From NCBI GenBank assembly GCA_017308135.1, contig JAFKFM010000010.1:46296-110295 (forward strand): a DNA stretch of 64,000 bases, written 5' to 3'. The notes under the pieces were generated by a model. That model had not been told where the DNA came from, did not search any database, and saw only the letters and a program-made list of their open reading frames with translations. Below, in pieces: positions 9,114 to 18,940 of this stretch. Both the position numbers and the translations under genes were made by a program. Source of the stretch: Alphaproteobacteria bacterium (lineage in GTDB: Bacteria > Pseudomonadota > Alphaproteobacteria > CACIAM-22H2). The stretch's first letter is position 1; each line of letters begins with the position of its first letter.

Positions 9114-9342
9114 CCCACCATGCATTTTTAAAGTGCGGCAGCAACGCCATCGGGCGTTCGCGCCGGAAACGGCAAGATCGACTTGGGGTTTTCGCCGAAA
9201 TTTTTCGTACCTACGATGAACGCAGACGCATCCGATTGACCCATGACGAGTCGCGCAGCGCGAGGCGCGATATAGTCGATGCCGGCGACGTTCTCGGAAA
9301 CCGTGGCCAAGATGCGACTTTGGAATTGCGAGGTTCGACGCT

Positions 9343-10971
9343 ATGCCGCCGACCGACACGATCGCGTCCGCGCTGGGCGGAATTGGGCTGTTTCTGCTCG
9401 GCATGTCGATGATGACCGAGGGACTCAAGGCGGCCGCAGGCGGTGCGCTACGCGACTGGCTGGCGCGAGCCACGCGGACGGTGCCGCATAGTTTGGCGGC
9501 CGGCTTCCTGATTACGGCTTTGGTTCAATCGTCCAGCGCGGTGACGGTCGCCGCGATCGGGCTCGTCAACGCCGGACTGCTCGGCTTGACACAGGCGGTA
9601 TGGCTGGTGTTCGGCACCAACGTGGGCACGACGATGACCGGCTGGATCGTCGCGTCGATCGGAGTAAAGGTCGATGTCGCGGCGCTTGCTTTGCCAATGA
9701 TCGGTTTGGGCATGGCCTTGCGCATTGCGGCGGGCGGCCGGGAAAGGATCACCGGCGGCGGCGGCGCGATCACGGGATTCGGGCTGTTCTTCCTTGGCAT
9801 ATCCTTTCTTCAGAACGGCTTCGCGCACGCCGCCGACACGCTGGTGCTGGGCTTGCCGGCGGAGGGCGGAATCACCAAAACGGCGATGCTCGTCGCCGTC
9901 GGCACCGCCCTGACTGTGCTGATGCAATCGTCCAGTGCCGCGCTCGCGGTGACGCTCGCCGCCAGCGCTGGCGGCGGTCTCGGTATCGAAGCGCTCGCGG
10001 CGGTCGTCGTGGGCACAAATATCGGCACGACGTCGACCGCATTCTTCGCGGGTCTTGGCGCGACATCGGCTGCTCGGCGCGTGGCGGCGGCGCATATCAT
10101 CTTCAATGTTGCGACGGCGGCGGTCTCGCTAACGATCCTGCCGCAACTCGTCGCGGTCTCGGCATTTCTCGTCGATGTCGTAACTTCGGCGAACGCGCCG
10201 GCAGCGACGCTGGCCGTGTTTCATACCGTCTTCAACGTTCTCGGCGTTGTCTTGATGCTGCCCGTAGGCGGCCTGCTCGTCCGCTGGCTCGCGCGGATGT
10301 TCGCGAGCGGCGATGAGGCCGTTGCACGGCCTAAATTCTTGGACGCCGGCCTCGAGGCCGTGCCGGCGCTCGCGGCGGGCGGTTTGATCCGCGAAAGCGA
10401 ACGGCATTTGGCCGCTGCGGCTGCAGCCGTTCTTGCCACCGGCGATGCGCATCGACGCGAAAGCGAAGGCGGCAAGTTGAAGGGGCCCGCGGCGGTTCGA
10501 AGCCTTGGCGTCGCAATCCGGACGTTTCTGATTCGCCTCGGCAAGTCGCCGCTTCCCGCCGATATGGCCCGCGCGCTGCCGCATGTTTTACGCGCCAGTC
10601 AGCACACCGACGCGCTCGCCGGGATCGCGTTGCCAGCGATGCCGCCGTCGATCGCCGCCGGTTCTCCGCTCGCCGGCGGCGTCGAGCTTATCGAGAAGGC
10701 GACGCGCGGCTGCCTCGCTTTGACCGTCGAGAGCGGCGGCGATACGGCGCGGATACGGGCCGCGACCGGCGAGGTGGAGGGCGCTTACGAAGCGTTGAAA
10801 ACGACGCTTCTGTCGGCGACGGCCGCCGGCGTTATGGATGTCCAAGAATTCGACCAGATGCTTGATCGCGCGCGGTCGTACCGGGAGGCGGCGCGGTTGG
10901 CGTGGAAGGCGCACAACCGGCTGGCCGCCGCTCGCGCGGCGATGGGCGTAGCCGGGGACAGGCGCGTGTAA
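9343..10971 (+). CDS. Na/Pi-cotransporter family protein (NptA/YjbB-like) with C-terminal PhoU-like region
   Basis: Duplicated QSSSA motifs (LVQSSSAVTVA, LMQSSSAALAV), polytopic, 542 aa. Confidence 0.85.
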   Translation: MPPTDTIASALGGIGLFLLGMSMMTEGLKAAAGGALRDWLARATRTVPHSLAAGFLITALVQSSSAVTVAAIGLVNAGLLGLTQAVWLVFGTNVGTTMTGWIVASIGVKVDVAALALPMIGLGMALRIAAGGRERITGGGGAITGFGLFFLGISFLQNGFAHAADTLVLGLPAEGGITKTAMLVAVGTALTVLMQSSSAALAVTLAASAGGGLGIEALAAVVVGTNIGTTSTAFFAGLGATSAARRVAAAHIIFNVATAAVSLTILPQLVAVSAFLVDVVTSANAPAATLAVFHTVFNVLGVVLMLPVGGLLVRWLARMFASGDEAVARPKFLDAGLEAVPALAAGGLIRESERHLAAAAAAVLATGDAHRRESEGGKLKGPAAVRSLGVAIRTFLIRLGKSPLPADMARALPHVLRASQHTDALAGIALPAMPPSIAAGSPLAGGVELIEKATRGCLALTVESGGDTARIRAATGEVEGAYEALKTTLLSATAAGVMDVQEFDQMLDRARSYREAARLAWKAHNRLAAARAAMGVAGDRRV

Positions 10972-11008
10972 TTCCGTGCGCTTCCGGCGCCCATCGCCCG
11001 GCGACCGT

Positions 11009-11869
11009 TCAAGCGCGCACGACGATCGTATCCTGCGCGAGAAGCGCGGTCAGCGTTTCCGCGACGCTTCCGAACACGAGGCTATCGATACCGATCCGCC
11101 CATGCGTTCCAAGAACGACGAGATCCGGCGACATGCGTGGAAGCTCTTCAAGCAGAATCCCGGCTGCTCGACCTTGCGCGACACGGATGGAACGGAGCCC
11201 GTGCCCATAGGCCGCGGCCCGTCCGGTATCGGCAACGCATTCGGCGGTTAATTGCTCGAGCCGACGCCGGAGCGCCGCCTCATCGGCAGCATCTCCGCCT
11301 TCGTCGATATGGACGACTTCGATCGCCGCGTCGGGAAATGCCTTCAGCGCGAAGGTCAGCGCCTTGCGCGACGACCCTTCCAAATCGACGGCGGCCACGA
11401 TCTTCGCGTAAGGGCGCCGCGCGCGCGCCTTGACGACGAGAATCGGGCAATTCGCTCTCCGGATAATGTTATCGATGACGGTACCGCGAATCATACCCAT
11501 CAAAGTCATGTCGCGCGGGCTGCCGACGACGACAATCTCGGCGCCCATCGTGCCTGCGGCACGGACGACTGTGTCGTCGATCGCGCCCTGAAGAACTTCG
11601 CCCGTCACGACGATCCGTCCGGCCGGAGTATTTTCTATGATTTCGGTGGTCAGCCGCGTCATGGCCTCCCAGAGCCGGCCGATCGCGACCCCATCGGCGG
11701 GCGCCGAGGGTTCGGCAACATGTACGAAATGGACGGCGGCGCCTTGCGCGGCAAGCATTAGCGCTCGATCCGCAGCCCGATCCATGCAAACGCCGAGATC
11801 GACGGCGACGAGAATACGCTGGAGCCTGTACGGCTCTGCGCCGCGCTCGCCGATTTCCGTGTTCTTCAT
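11009..11869 (-). CDS. Universal stress protein, tandem UspA domains
   Basis: Two Usp-like halves, each with the VVLGTHGR / VVVGSPRD ATP-binding-type motif; 286 aa. Confidence 0.8.
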   Translation of the reverse strand: MKNTEIGERGAEPYRLQRILVAVDLGVCMDRAADRALMLAAQGAAVHFVHVAEPSAPADGVAIGRLWEAMTRLTTEIIENTPAGRIVVTGEVLQGAIDDTVVRAAGTMGAEIVVVGSPRDMTLMGMIRGTVIDNIIRRANCPILVVKARARRPYAKIVAAVDLEGSSRKALTFALKAFPDAAIEVVHIDEGGDAADEAALRRRLEQLTAECVADTGRAAAYGHGLRSIRVAQGRAAGILLEELPRMSPDLVVLGTHGRIGIDSLVFGSVAETLTALLAQDTIVVRA

Positions 11870-12738
11870 TCTTCAGTCTCCCGTTCCGGCGGCGGCAATA
11901 CGAGGACGTCGATCGACGCCGAAGCGAGTACCCGTTCCGCGACGCTTCCCAGTACGGCCCGCGCCAATGTCGTGCGGCTTTGCGTGGATACGACAAGGAG
12001 ATCGGCTCGACGCGCGACGGCTTCCTCTAGAATTTCCACGGCGGGCGCCGCCGCTTCGTGGCGGACGAGGCACTCGGCGCTGGCGGCGCCGATCTCAGTC
12101 GCGAAAACAACTAGATCGCGCCGTGCGTCGGCGCGCAGCCCATCAAGATAGTCTTCGCGGTCGCGTTCCGCGACGAACGACGACATCGCCAGCCGCAAGG
12201 CCGGTGCATCGAACACGTTCAGTATGGATCGCCGGCCACTGAAATAGTAATCCAGCCGGACGAGCCGTTTGAGTGCTTTGCGCGAGCCCTCGGAGAGATC
12301 GGTCGTCAGCATGACATGGCCGTAATCCCCGAAGGGCGGGCCGTTCGCCATCAGGACCGGGCACGTGGCCGCGCGTATCGTGCGTTCGGCCGTCGTGCCG
12401 GTGAACGCATCGCGTAGAATTTGACGCCGATGCGGACCGATGACGAGCATGTCGGGGGCCGGATCGTCCACCGACTTCAAAATCCCCGCGAACGGATCGG
12501 CGAGTTCGATGCGAATCGTCGAGGCGACGCCATCGACGCTTTTCAACGACCCGGCGAGTTCCGTCAGCAGCAGCCACGCCTCGTGCTTCTCTTGCTCGAC
12601 AATGCGGCGGGGACGATCGTCGTCGATCACGTGGACTAGATCGATCACGGCGCCGCTACGCCGCGAGAGAAGTACGGCGCGCCGCAACGCTCGATCGGAG
12701 CGTTCCGAGAAATCCGTCGCTAGTGCCAGTCGCTTCAT
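11866..12738 (-). CDS. Universal stress protein, tandem UspA domains
   Basis: 290 aa tandem Usp. Its stop overlaps the start of the downstream usp by 4 nt. Confidence 0.8.
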   Translation of the reverse strand: MKRLALATDFSERSDRALRRAVLLSRRSGAVIDLVHVIDDDRPRRIVEQEKHEAWLLLTELAGSLKSVDGVASTIRIELADPFAGILKSVDDPAPDMLVIGPHRRQILRDAFTGTTAERTIRAATCPVLMANGPPFGDYGHVMLTTDLSEGSRKALKRLVRLDYYFSGRRSILNVFDAPALRLAMSSFVAERDREDYLDGLRADARRDLVVFATEIGAASAECLVRHEAAAPAVEILEEAVARRADLLVVSTQSRTTLARAVLGSVAERVLASASIDVLVLPPPERETEE

Positions 12739-12796
12739 GCGTTGATCACCCGCTTCAGTGAAGTGCGTATTCGATCACAAGTTACAAGTGCCGTAC

Positions 12797-12810
12797 TTGA
12801 TGCAGGTCAA
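12797..12810. promoter_or_regulatory. FNR/FixK-type box TTGATGCAGGTCAA (TTGAT-N4-GTCAA)
   Basis: 9/10 match to the TTGAT-N4-ATCAA consensus. Centred ~65 bp upstream of the usp start at 12738, in the divergent usp / CPA2 promoter region. Confidence 0.45.
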
Positions 12811-12833
12811 TGAATGCGACGCTTGTTCGTCTA

Positions 12834-12848
12834 CGTTGACGGTCAACG
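12834..12848. promoter_or_regulatory. 15-bp palindrome CGTTGAC-g-GTCAACG
   Basis: Perfect 7-bp arms seen in sequence, 24 bp downstream of the FNR-like box in the same intergenic region. Confidence 0.3.
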
Positions 12849-13063
12849 CCAATTCGCAGTGAGGTGGCGGTTAAAGAGTTTCCCGTCTTCGTGATGTAGA
12901 AAAATATCGATATGACAAGCTCAAATCGGTCATTTGACATCCGTATCGAAAGCCCTTGCAGCCAGAAAACAGGGCATTTTCGCCAACTAAACCTCGGGAC
13001 GGCGTTTGCGGCGCAACTACGCAAACACCATCCGAGATATGGGTATGTCTCGGGTTTTCACGG

Positions 13064-14773
13064 ATGATAAATTTCGCAGAAGTTGCATTGTTGCTGGCGG
13101 TGGCGGCTGCGGTCGGTTTGGCCGGCAGCATTTTGCGCCAGCCGTTGATCGTCGGATTCATCGCAGCCGGGCTGCTTGCCGGACCGTCGGCATTGAATAT
13201 CGTCGCCGCAACGGGCTATATCGAGTTGATGTCCGAGCTTGGCATCGCCGTCCTGTTGTTTTTGGTGGGCATCAAGCTCGATGTGGCGCTGATCCGCTCT
13301 TTAGGTTACGTCGCCGTCGTCACGGGGCTCGGCCAAGTCGCTTTCACGTCTTTCTTCGGCTATCTCATCGGTCTTGGCCTCGGCCTTGATCATGTGACGA
13401 GCTTGTATGTCGCGGTCGCGCTGACATTCTCGTCAACGATCATCGTCGTCAAACTCCTCTCCGACAAGCGCGAGATCGATTCCCTTCACGGGCAAATCGC
13501 GCTGGGCTTCTTGATTGTTCAGGATCTGTGCGTAGTAGCGGCGATGGTCGCGTTGTCAGCGATCGGGATCGGCGCCAACGCCGAAGATGTTGCGGAGCCG
13601 GGATCTTGGTTCGCCATCTTGGCGGCGGGGACGGGCCTCGCCGCCGCTGTCTTCCTGTTCGTAAAGTTCTTCGCGACGCCGCTGACAATGTGGCTGGCGC
13701 GTTCGCCCGAGTTGTTGACGATCAGCGCAATAGCTATCGCGGCGATTTTTGCGGCGGCGGGCGAAGCGGCAATGCTCGGCAAGGAAATCGGGGGGCTGTT
13801 GGCGGGAATCGCTTTGGCCTCGACGCCGTACCGCGAAACAATCTCCGCGCGGTTGGCGCCGCTGCGCGACTTCCTTCTGTTGTTCTTTTTCGTCGCGTTG
13901 GGCGCGAAGCTCGATTTGTCGACACTTGGCGCGCACGCAACCGCCGCAGCGGTGTTTTCGGCTTTCGTACTGGTCGGCAATCCACTGATCGTCCTCGCGA
14001 TACTCGGGGCTATGGGTTACGCGAAGCGGACGGGCTTTTTGGCCGGTCTGACGGTCGCGCAGATCAGCGAATTTTCGCTGATATTCACGGCGATGGGAGT
14101 ATCGCTCGGGCATGTGGGCCCGGACGCTCTGGGGCTGGTTACGATGGTGGGGCTCGTTACGATCGCGGCATCGACCTATATGATCGTTCACTCCCATCGA
14201 CTCTACGCGCTGTTCGAACCTGCGCTCGGCGTGTTCGAGCGCGGCGGCGCGCATCGCGAAGAGTCGTTCGCTGGGCGCCGCATGTCGGGCGAATTCACGG
14301 TAGTCGTTTTCGGGCTCGGACGCTTCGGTACGGCAATCGGGACACGGCTTCGGCAACGCGGAATTCGCGTGCTCGGGATCGACTTCAATCCGCAAGCAGT
14401 AAAGCGTTGGCGCGAGCTCGGGTTGGACGCCGAATTCGGCGATGCCTCGGACCCCGAATTCGTCTCCGAGATTCCGTTCGGCCGGGCCCAATGGATCTTG
14501 TCCACCGTGCCGATCCACCCGGCTGGCCTCAGCCATGAAGACGCGCGGCGCACATTGATTCAGTTGACGCGGTCGGCGGGGTATCGCGGTCGGATCGCGG
14601 CGGCGTCGCATGGAGACTACGATCGCCGCCTGTTGCAGGAAGCGGGGGTCGATCTGGTGCTGGAGCCTTTCCAAGACGCCGCCGATCGCGCGGTCGAGTT
14701 GCTGTGCGGCGCAGAACCCGTCGAACGTATCGATGTTTCGCCGATCGCCGCCGAAGGCGGCAAGGCCGGGTAA
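13064..14773 (+). CDS. Cation:proton antiporter, CPA2 family (KefB/KefC-like) with C-terminal RCK/TrkA-N domain
   Basis: N-terminal Na_H exchanger-type TM core, then the VVVFGLGRFGTAIGTRL Rossmann (RCK) motif. Start taken at MINFAEVALL. Confidence 0.85.
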   Translation: MINFAEVALLLAVAAAVGLAGSILRQPLIVGFIAAGLLAGPSALNIVAATGYIELMSELGIAVLLFLVGIKLDVALIRSLGYVAVVTGLGQVAFTSFFGYLIGLGLGLDHVTSLYVAVALTFSSTIIVVKLLSDKREIDSLHGQIALGFLIVQDLCVVAAMVALSAIGIGANAEDVAEPGSWFAILAAGTGLAAAVFLFVKFFATPLTMWLARSPELLTISAIAIAAIFAAAGEAAMLGKEIGGLLAGIALASTPYRETISARLAPLRDFLLLFFFVALGAKLDLSTLGAHATAAAVFSAFVLVGNPLIVLAILGAMGYAKRTGFLAGLTVAQISEFSLIFTAMGVSLGHVGPDALGLVTMVGLVTIAASTYMIVHSHRLYALFEPALGVFERGGAHREESFAGRRMSGEFTVVVFGLGRFGTAIGTRLRQRGIRVLGIDFNPQAVKRWRELGLDAEFGDASDPEFVSEIPFGRAQWILSTVPIHPAGLSHEDARRTLIQLTRSAGYRGRIAAASHGDYDRRLLQEAGVDLVLEPFQDAADRAVELLCGAEPVERIDVSPIAAEGGKAG

Positions 14774-14807
14774 CGATGAAGAATTCCCAGAGTGGAGGCG
14801 CGCTGAT

Positions 14808-17432
14808 ATGAAACTCACCGATCCCCATGCGCGCGACGTCGAAACCTGCTTCGCGGCGTTCGCATCCGGCCCCGGCGGTCTGACGGCGGATGAAGCGGCA
14901 AGGCGGTTGGCCGAACATGGCCCCAACCGGCTGCCGCCGGCATCTTCGCGCGGGCCTCTTCTGCGCTTTCTGATCCAGTTTCACAACGTTCTGATCTACG
15001 TGCTGCTGGCGGCGGCGGCGGTGACGGCTGCTATGCAGCACTGGATCGATACCGGCGTCATCCTTGCGGTGGTCTTGGCCAATGCGATGATCGGATTCAT
15101 CCAAGAGGGTAAGGCCGAAGCGGCGATGGCCGCGATCCGGGACATGTTGGCGCCCCATGCGGCCGTGCTGCGCGATGGGCGGCGCATGACGATCGACGGT
15201 GCCGAACTCGTGCCGGGCGACATCGTCATTCTCGATGCCGGCGACAAGGTACCGGCGGATCTTCGCATCGTCGAGGCGCGCGGCTTGGCGGCGCAAGAGG
15301 CGGTTCTGACGGGCGAGTCCGTGCCCGTCGAAAAGTCTGTGGACGTCGCACGGCCGGATGCAGCGCTCGGCGATCGGCGATCGATGCTTTGGTCGGGCAC
15401 ACTGATCACGAGCGGTACGGCGCGCGGCTTGGCGGTGGCGACCGGGCGCGACACGGAAATCGGCCGTATCGGCGGTTTGTTGGAAGGCGTCGAACAATTG
15501 ACCACGCCGCTCGTCGCGCAGATGGACCACTTCGCGCGATGGCTGTCGTTTTTGATCCTTCTCGCGGCTGCTCTGCTGCTGGTCTATGGGTACTTCGTCG
15601 GGCATCACGACTTCTCCGAGTTGTTCATGGCTGTCGTTGGCCTCTCGGTCGCGGCAATCCCGGAGGGGCTCCCGGCCGTGATGACCATCACGCTGGCGAT
15701 CGGCGTGCAGGCGATGGCGCGCCGGCATGCCATCGTGAGACGGCTTCCCGCCATCGAGGCGATCGGCTCGGTCTCGGTCATCTGCACCGACAAGACCGGG
15801 ACGCTGACCCGCAACGAGATGACCGTCGCCGCCGCCGAGACGGCGGATGGTTCATTCGCCGTAACGGGCGAGGGATACGCGCCGTCGGGAACGATCGCTC
15901 CGGCCGGCGATCTGACGCGGCTGGCGCGCGCCGCGGCGCTTTGCAACGACGCCGAGCTTCATAGCGACGGCGCGCACTGGACCGTCGAAGGCGATCCAAT
16001 GGAAGGTGCGCTGCTGGCTTTCGCGGCGAAAGCGGGTGTCGTCCGCGACGGACGCCGATTGGACGCCGTTCCGTTCGATAGCCGTCACCGGTTCATGGCC
16101 GTTCTGACGGAGACCGCCGGCGAGCGTGTAACCTGTGTGAAGGGCGCTCCCGAGCGGGTCCTTGGAATGTGTGCTGGTATCGACGCTGGGCGATGGCAAG
16201 ATCGGGCCGACGCGATGGCGCGTCGTGGATTGCGGGTCCTCGCTTTCGCCGAGCGTGCCGAGGCGGGCGCGAATATCGATCACCTCGCGCTGGAAGGCGG
16301 CTCGACGTTCATCGGGCTCGTCGGATTGATAGACCCGCCGCGCCCCGAGGCGATCGCTGCGGTCGCCGAATGCCGTGCCGCCGGCATCCGTGTCAAGATG
16401 ATCACCGGCGATCATGCCGGTACGGCGGCGGCGATCGCCGCGCAGATCGGTTTGGAAAACCCGTCCCGCGTGTTAACGGGCGCCGATTTGGACAAGCTCG
16501 ACGATGCGCAATTGGCGCTCGAGGTTGCGAGCGCGGACGTTTTCGCGCGCACCAGTCCCGAACATAAACTGCGCCTGGTGACGGCGTTGCAGGCGCGCGG
16601 CCTGTCGGTGGCGATGACGGGCGACGGCGTGAACGACGCTCCGGCGCTGAAACGGGCCGACGCGGGAATCGCGATGGGGCTCAAAGGATCGGAAGCCGCC
16701 AAGGAAGCCGCCGATCTAGTGCTCGCCGACGACAACTTCGCGTCCATCGCGGCGGCGGTGCGCGAAGGCCGCACGGTGTGGGACAATCTCAAAAAGGTGA
16801 TCAGCTGGACGCTGCCGACCAACGCCGGCGAAGCCATGGTTATTGTGCTCGCCTTGTTGCTTGGCTTGGCCCTGCCCGTGACGGCGGTGCAGATCCTGTG
16901 GATCAACTTGATCACGGCGGTCACTCTCGGACTAGCGCTGGCGTTCGAGCCAACGGAACCCGGCACGATGGCGCGTCCGCCGCGCGCGCGGGATGCGCCG
17001 ATTCTAAGCGGTGAGCTGGTCTGGCATGTCGTTCTGGTCGCGGGCCTGTTTCTGGCGGCGGTGTTCGGCGTGTTCAGATACGCGATCGATCGCGGTTATC
17101 CGATCGAACTCGCGCAGACGATGGCGATGAACACACTGGTCGTCCTCGAAATCTACCATCTCTTCTTCATCCGCAACATTCACGGCGCGTCGCTGACCTG
17201 GGCGGCGGCGAAGGGAACGAAGGTCGTTTGGACGGTCGTCGTCGCGATCACGGCGGCGCAGTTCGCGGTGACCTATCTGGCGCCGTTGCAGGCCGTGTTC
17301 GGCACGCGGGCGGTCCCCGCGGGAGACGGCATTCTGATCGTCGCGATCGGCGCCGCGTTCTTCGTGGCGGTGGAGATCGAGAAGCAGATCCGGCTTGGGC
17401 TCGGCGCGCGGTTCGTCGGCAGGATTCCATGA
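14808..17432 (+). CDS. Cation-transporting P-type ATPase, P2-type (Ca2+/Mg2+/Na+-like)
   Basis: DKTGTLT phosphorylation motif, TGES, PEGLP (M4), MTGDGVNDAPAL hinge. GGAGG RBS at 14794. Start at MKLTDPHARD. Confidence 0.9.
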   Translation: MKLTDPHARDVETCFAAFASGPGGLTADEAARRLAEHGPNRLPPASSRGPLLRFLIQFHNVLIYVLLAAAAVTAAMQHWIDTGVILAVVLANAMIGFIQEGKAEAAMAAIRDMLAPHAAVLRDGRRMTIDGAELVPGDIVILDAGDKVPADLRIVEARGLAAQEAVLTGESVPVEKSVDVARPDAALGDRRSMLWSGTLITSGTARGLAVATGRDTEIGRIGGLLEGVEQLTTPLVAQMDHFARWLSFLILLAAALLLVYGYFVGHHDFSELFMAVVGLSVAAIPEGLPAVMTITLAIGVQAMARRHAIVRRLPAIEAIGSVSVICTDKTGTLTRNEMTVAAAETADGSFAVTGEGYAPSGTIAPAGDLTRLARAAALCNDAELHSDGAHWTVEGDPMEGALLAFAAKAGVVRDGRRLDAVPFDSRHRFMAVLTETAGERVTCVKGAPERVLGMCAGIDAGRWQDRADAMARRGLRVLAFAERAEAGANIDHLALEGGSTFIGLVGLIDPPRPEAIAAVAECRAAGIRVKMITGDHAGTAAAIAAQIGLENPSRVLTGADLDKLDDAQLALEVASADVFARTSPEHKLRLVTALQARGLSVAMTGDGVNDAPALKRADAGIAMGLKGSEAAKEAADLVLADDNFASIAAAVREGRTVWDNLKKVISWTLPTNAGEAMVIVLALLLGLALPVTAVQILWINLITAVTLGLALAFEPTEPGTMARPPRARDAPILSGELVWHVVLVAGLFLAAVFGVFRYAIDRGYPIELAQTMAMNTLVVLEIYHLFFIRNIHGASLTWAAAKGTKVVWTVVVAITAAQFAVTYLAPLQAVFGTRAVPAGDGILIVAIGAAFFVAVEIEKQIRLGLGARFVGRIP

Positions 17433-17565
17433 TTGGCCGGAAGTGGCAGACGGGCTGGTTTTCCGGCGTGGTGGTGTGGTTTCCGCGACAATTCATCGCT
17501 CATGTTGGACTTGCTGTCGCTAGCGCAGTCGCCAAATTTAGAACGAACGATTCGGGGAGGATAGA

Positions 17566-18303
17566 ATGACGATCGACAAAACGACCGCCAAGGACATCAT
17601 GACGACGCGCGTTGCATCGATCGCGCCGGACATGTCGGTGCGATTGGCCGCCAAGCTCATGTTGAAACGCAAAGTCAGCGCGCTGCTGGTGCTCGATTCG
17701 AAGCGCCGGCCGATCGGGGTGCTGAGCGAGGGCGACCTCGTGCACCGGATCGAACTCGACACGCGAAAGAAGGGCTCCTGGTGGCTCAATCTTCTGACCC
17801 CCGATCGCGATCTCGCGCGCGACTATGCGCGCGCGCATGGGCGTAAGGTCGCGGATGCGATGAGCCGCCAGGTCGTGACCATCACGCCGGACACGAAGCT
17901 GCCGGCGATCGTCGCGTTGCTCGACAAGCATCGCATCAAGCGCGTGCCCGTCGTCGGGGAAAGCGGCCGCGTGGTCGGCGTCGTCAGCCGAGCGGACGTG
18001 CTGAGCGCCTTCGCCAAGGCCGCGCTGGCGGCGGAAGGCGGCGTGGCACTCGGCGATGCCGAATGTTCTGCCGAGATCCGCAAGCGCCTGCGCAAGGAAA
18101 GCTGGAGCGACAGCGCCTTGGTTAACATCTCGGTGGATTCCGGGGTCGCGCGCGTATGGGGGGTGGTCGCTTCGCGCGCGCAACACGATGCGGTGCGGGC
18201 CCTTTGCGAGGAAGTTCCCGGCGTTCGGCACGTCGATCTCGACGCGTTGCAGGTCGCCCGAAGCGCGATCGCGCTGAAGCACAGCTTGCGTATCCCGATC
18301 TGA
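17566..18303 (+). CDS. CBS-pair domain protein with C-terminal BON-like domain
   Basis: Two CBS repeats (DIMTTRVASIAPD..., VADAMSRQVVTITPD...) followed by a BON-like C-terminus; 245 aa. Confidence 0.7.
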   Translation: MTIDKTTAKDIMTTRVASIAPDMSVRLAAKLMLKRKVSALLVLDSKRRPIGVLSEGDLVHRIELDTRKKGSWWLNLLTPDRDLARDYARAHGRKVADAMSRQVVTITPDTKLPAIVALLDKHRIKRVPVVGESGRVVGVVSRADVLSAFAKAALAAEGGVALGDAECSAEIRKRLRKESWSDSALVNISVDSGVARVWGVVASRAQHDAVRALCEEVPGVRHVDLDALQVARSAIALKHSLRIPI

Positions 18304-18356
18304 CGGGAGCTTAGATGGGCCGAATATCTCGCTTTGTGGATTCCAGATTAGGCGTA

Positions 18357-18535
18357 TTTTCCACAATAGGCCTCAAAATGCTTCGATATCGTGGAAAACA
18401 TTGTTGATATTTAATGATTTTACACGGTCTGGGGGACTGGGGGTCGTGGGTTCGAATCCCGCCGCTCCGACCATCACGTGAGAGACGAAGAAGCCCGCCC
18501 TGGGAAACCAGCGGCGGGCTTCGGCATTCTGCATC
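18357..18535 (+). repeat. Dispersed element copy 2: 5' box, AT-rich spacer, tRNA-like module 18424..18473 (ACGGTCTGGGGGACTGGGGGTCGTGGGTTCGAATCCCGCCGCTCCGACCA), terminator hairpin
   Basis: The 50-nt module and the 40-nt hairpin region are identical to copies 3 and 4. Lies between convergent genes. Confidence 0.85.
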
Positions 18536-18607
18536 ACAAGTCTTGCGCTGGCCGCTTGCCTGAAAGGGCGAGCCATGGGCGCCGAAGCACCTTTCCCAAT
18601 ATGCGGG

Positions 18608-18925
18608 TCAAGGAACCACCAAAGACAGCAATGGGGCGTATTGTTGCGCGCCGAAGATATCGCCGTCCCCTGGAGACCCCGACGGTCTTTCCCGCAACAT
18701 TGTGAACTTAATCGCGAATGCCGGATCGAACGCGACGAAGTCGGTGATCCGGGCTTCGTCGATCCCAAACAGTGCCGCGACGCTTGGCCGGGTCAGCACG
18801 TTCGATTGGAGGACGCGCCGATAGTTATCGCGATCGGTGAAAATGATATCGAACGTGATCTTGTCCGTCCCCGCGTTCTTGGAGCGGATCGTCTTGGCGA
18901 GGCTGGAAAGGGTCGTGGACGACAT
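18608..18925 (-). CDS. DUF4387-family small protein (usual partner of AtuA/DUF1446)
   Basis: 105 aa, IRSKNAGTDKITFDIIF...GAQQYAPLLSLVVP pattern, directly downstream of the DUF1446 gene. Confidence 0.6.
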   Translation of the reverse strand: MSSTTLSSLAKTIRSKNAGTDKITFDIIFTDRDNYRRVLQSNVLTRPSVAALFGIDEARITDFVAFDPAFAIKFTMLRERPSGSPGDGDIFGAQQYAPLLSLVVP

Positions 18926-18940
18926 TGTTGATCTCCGCTT

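Noticed and set aside
13556-15728. Minus-strand ORFs of 456 and 399 aa overlapping the CPA2 antiporter and P-type ATPase genes
   Set aside because: The + strand frames carry unmistakable transporter and P-type ATPase motifs. The antisense frames are RR/RP-rich low-complexity.
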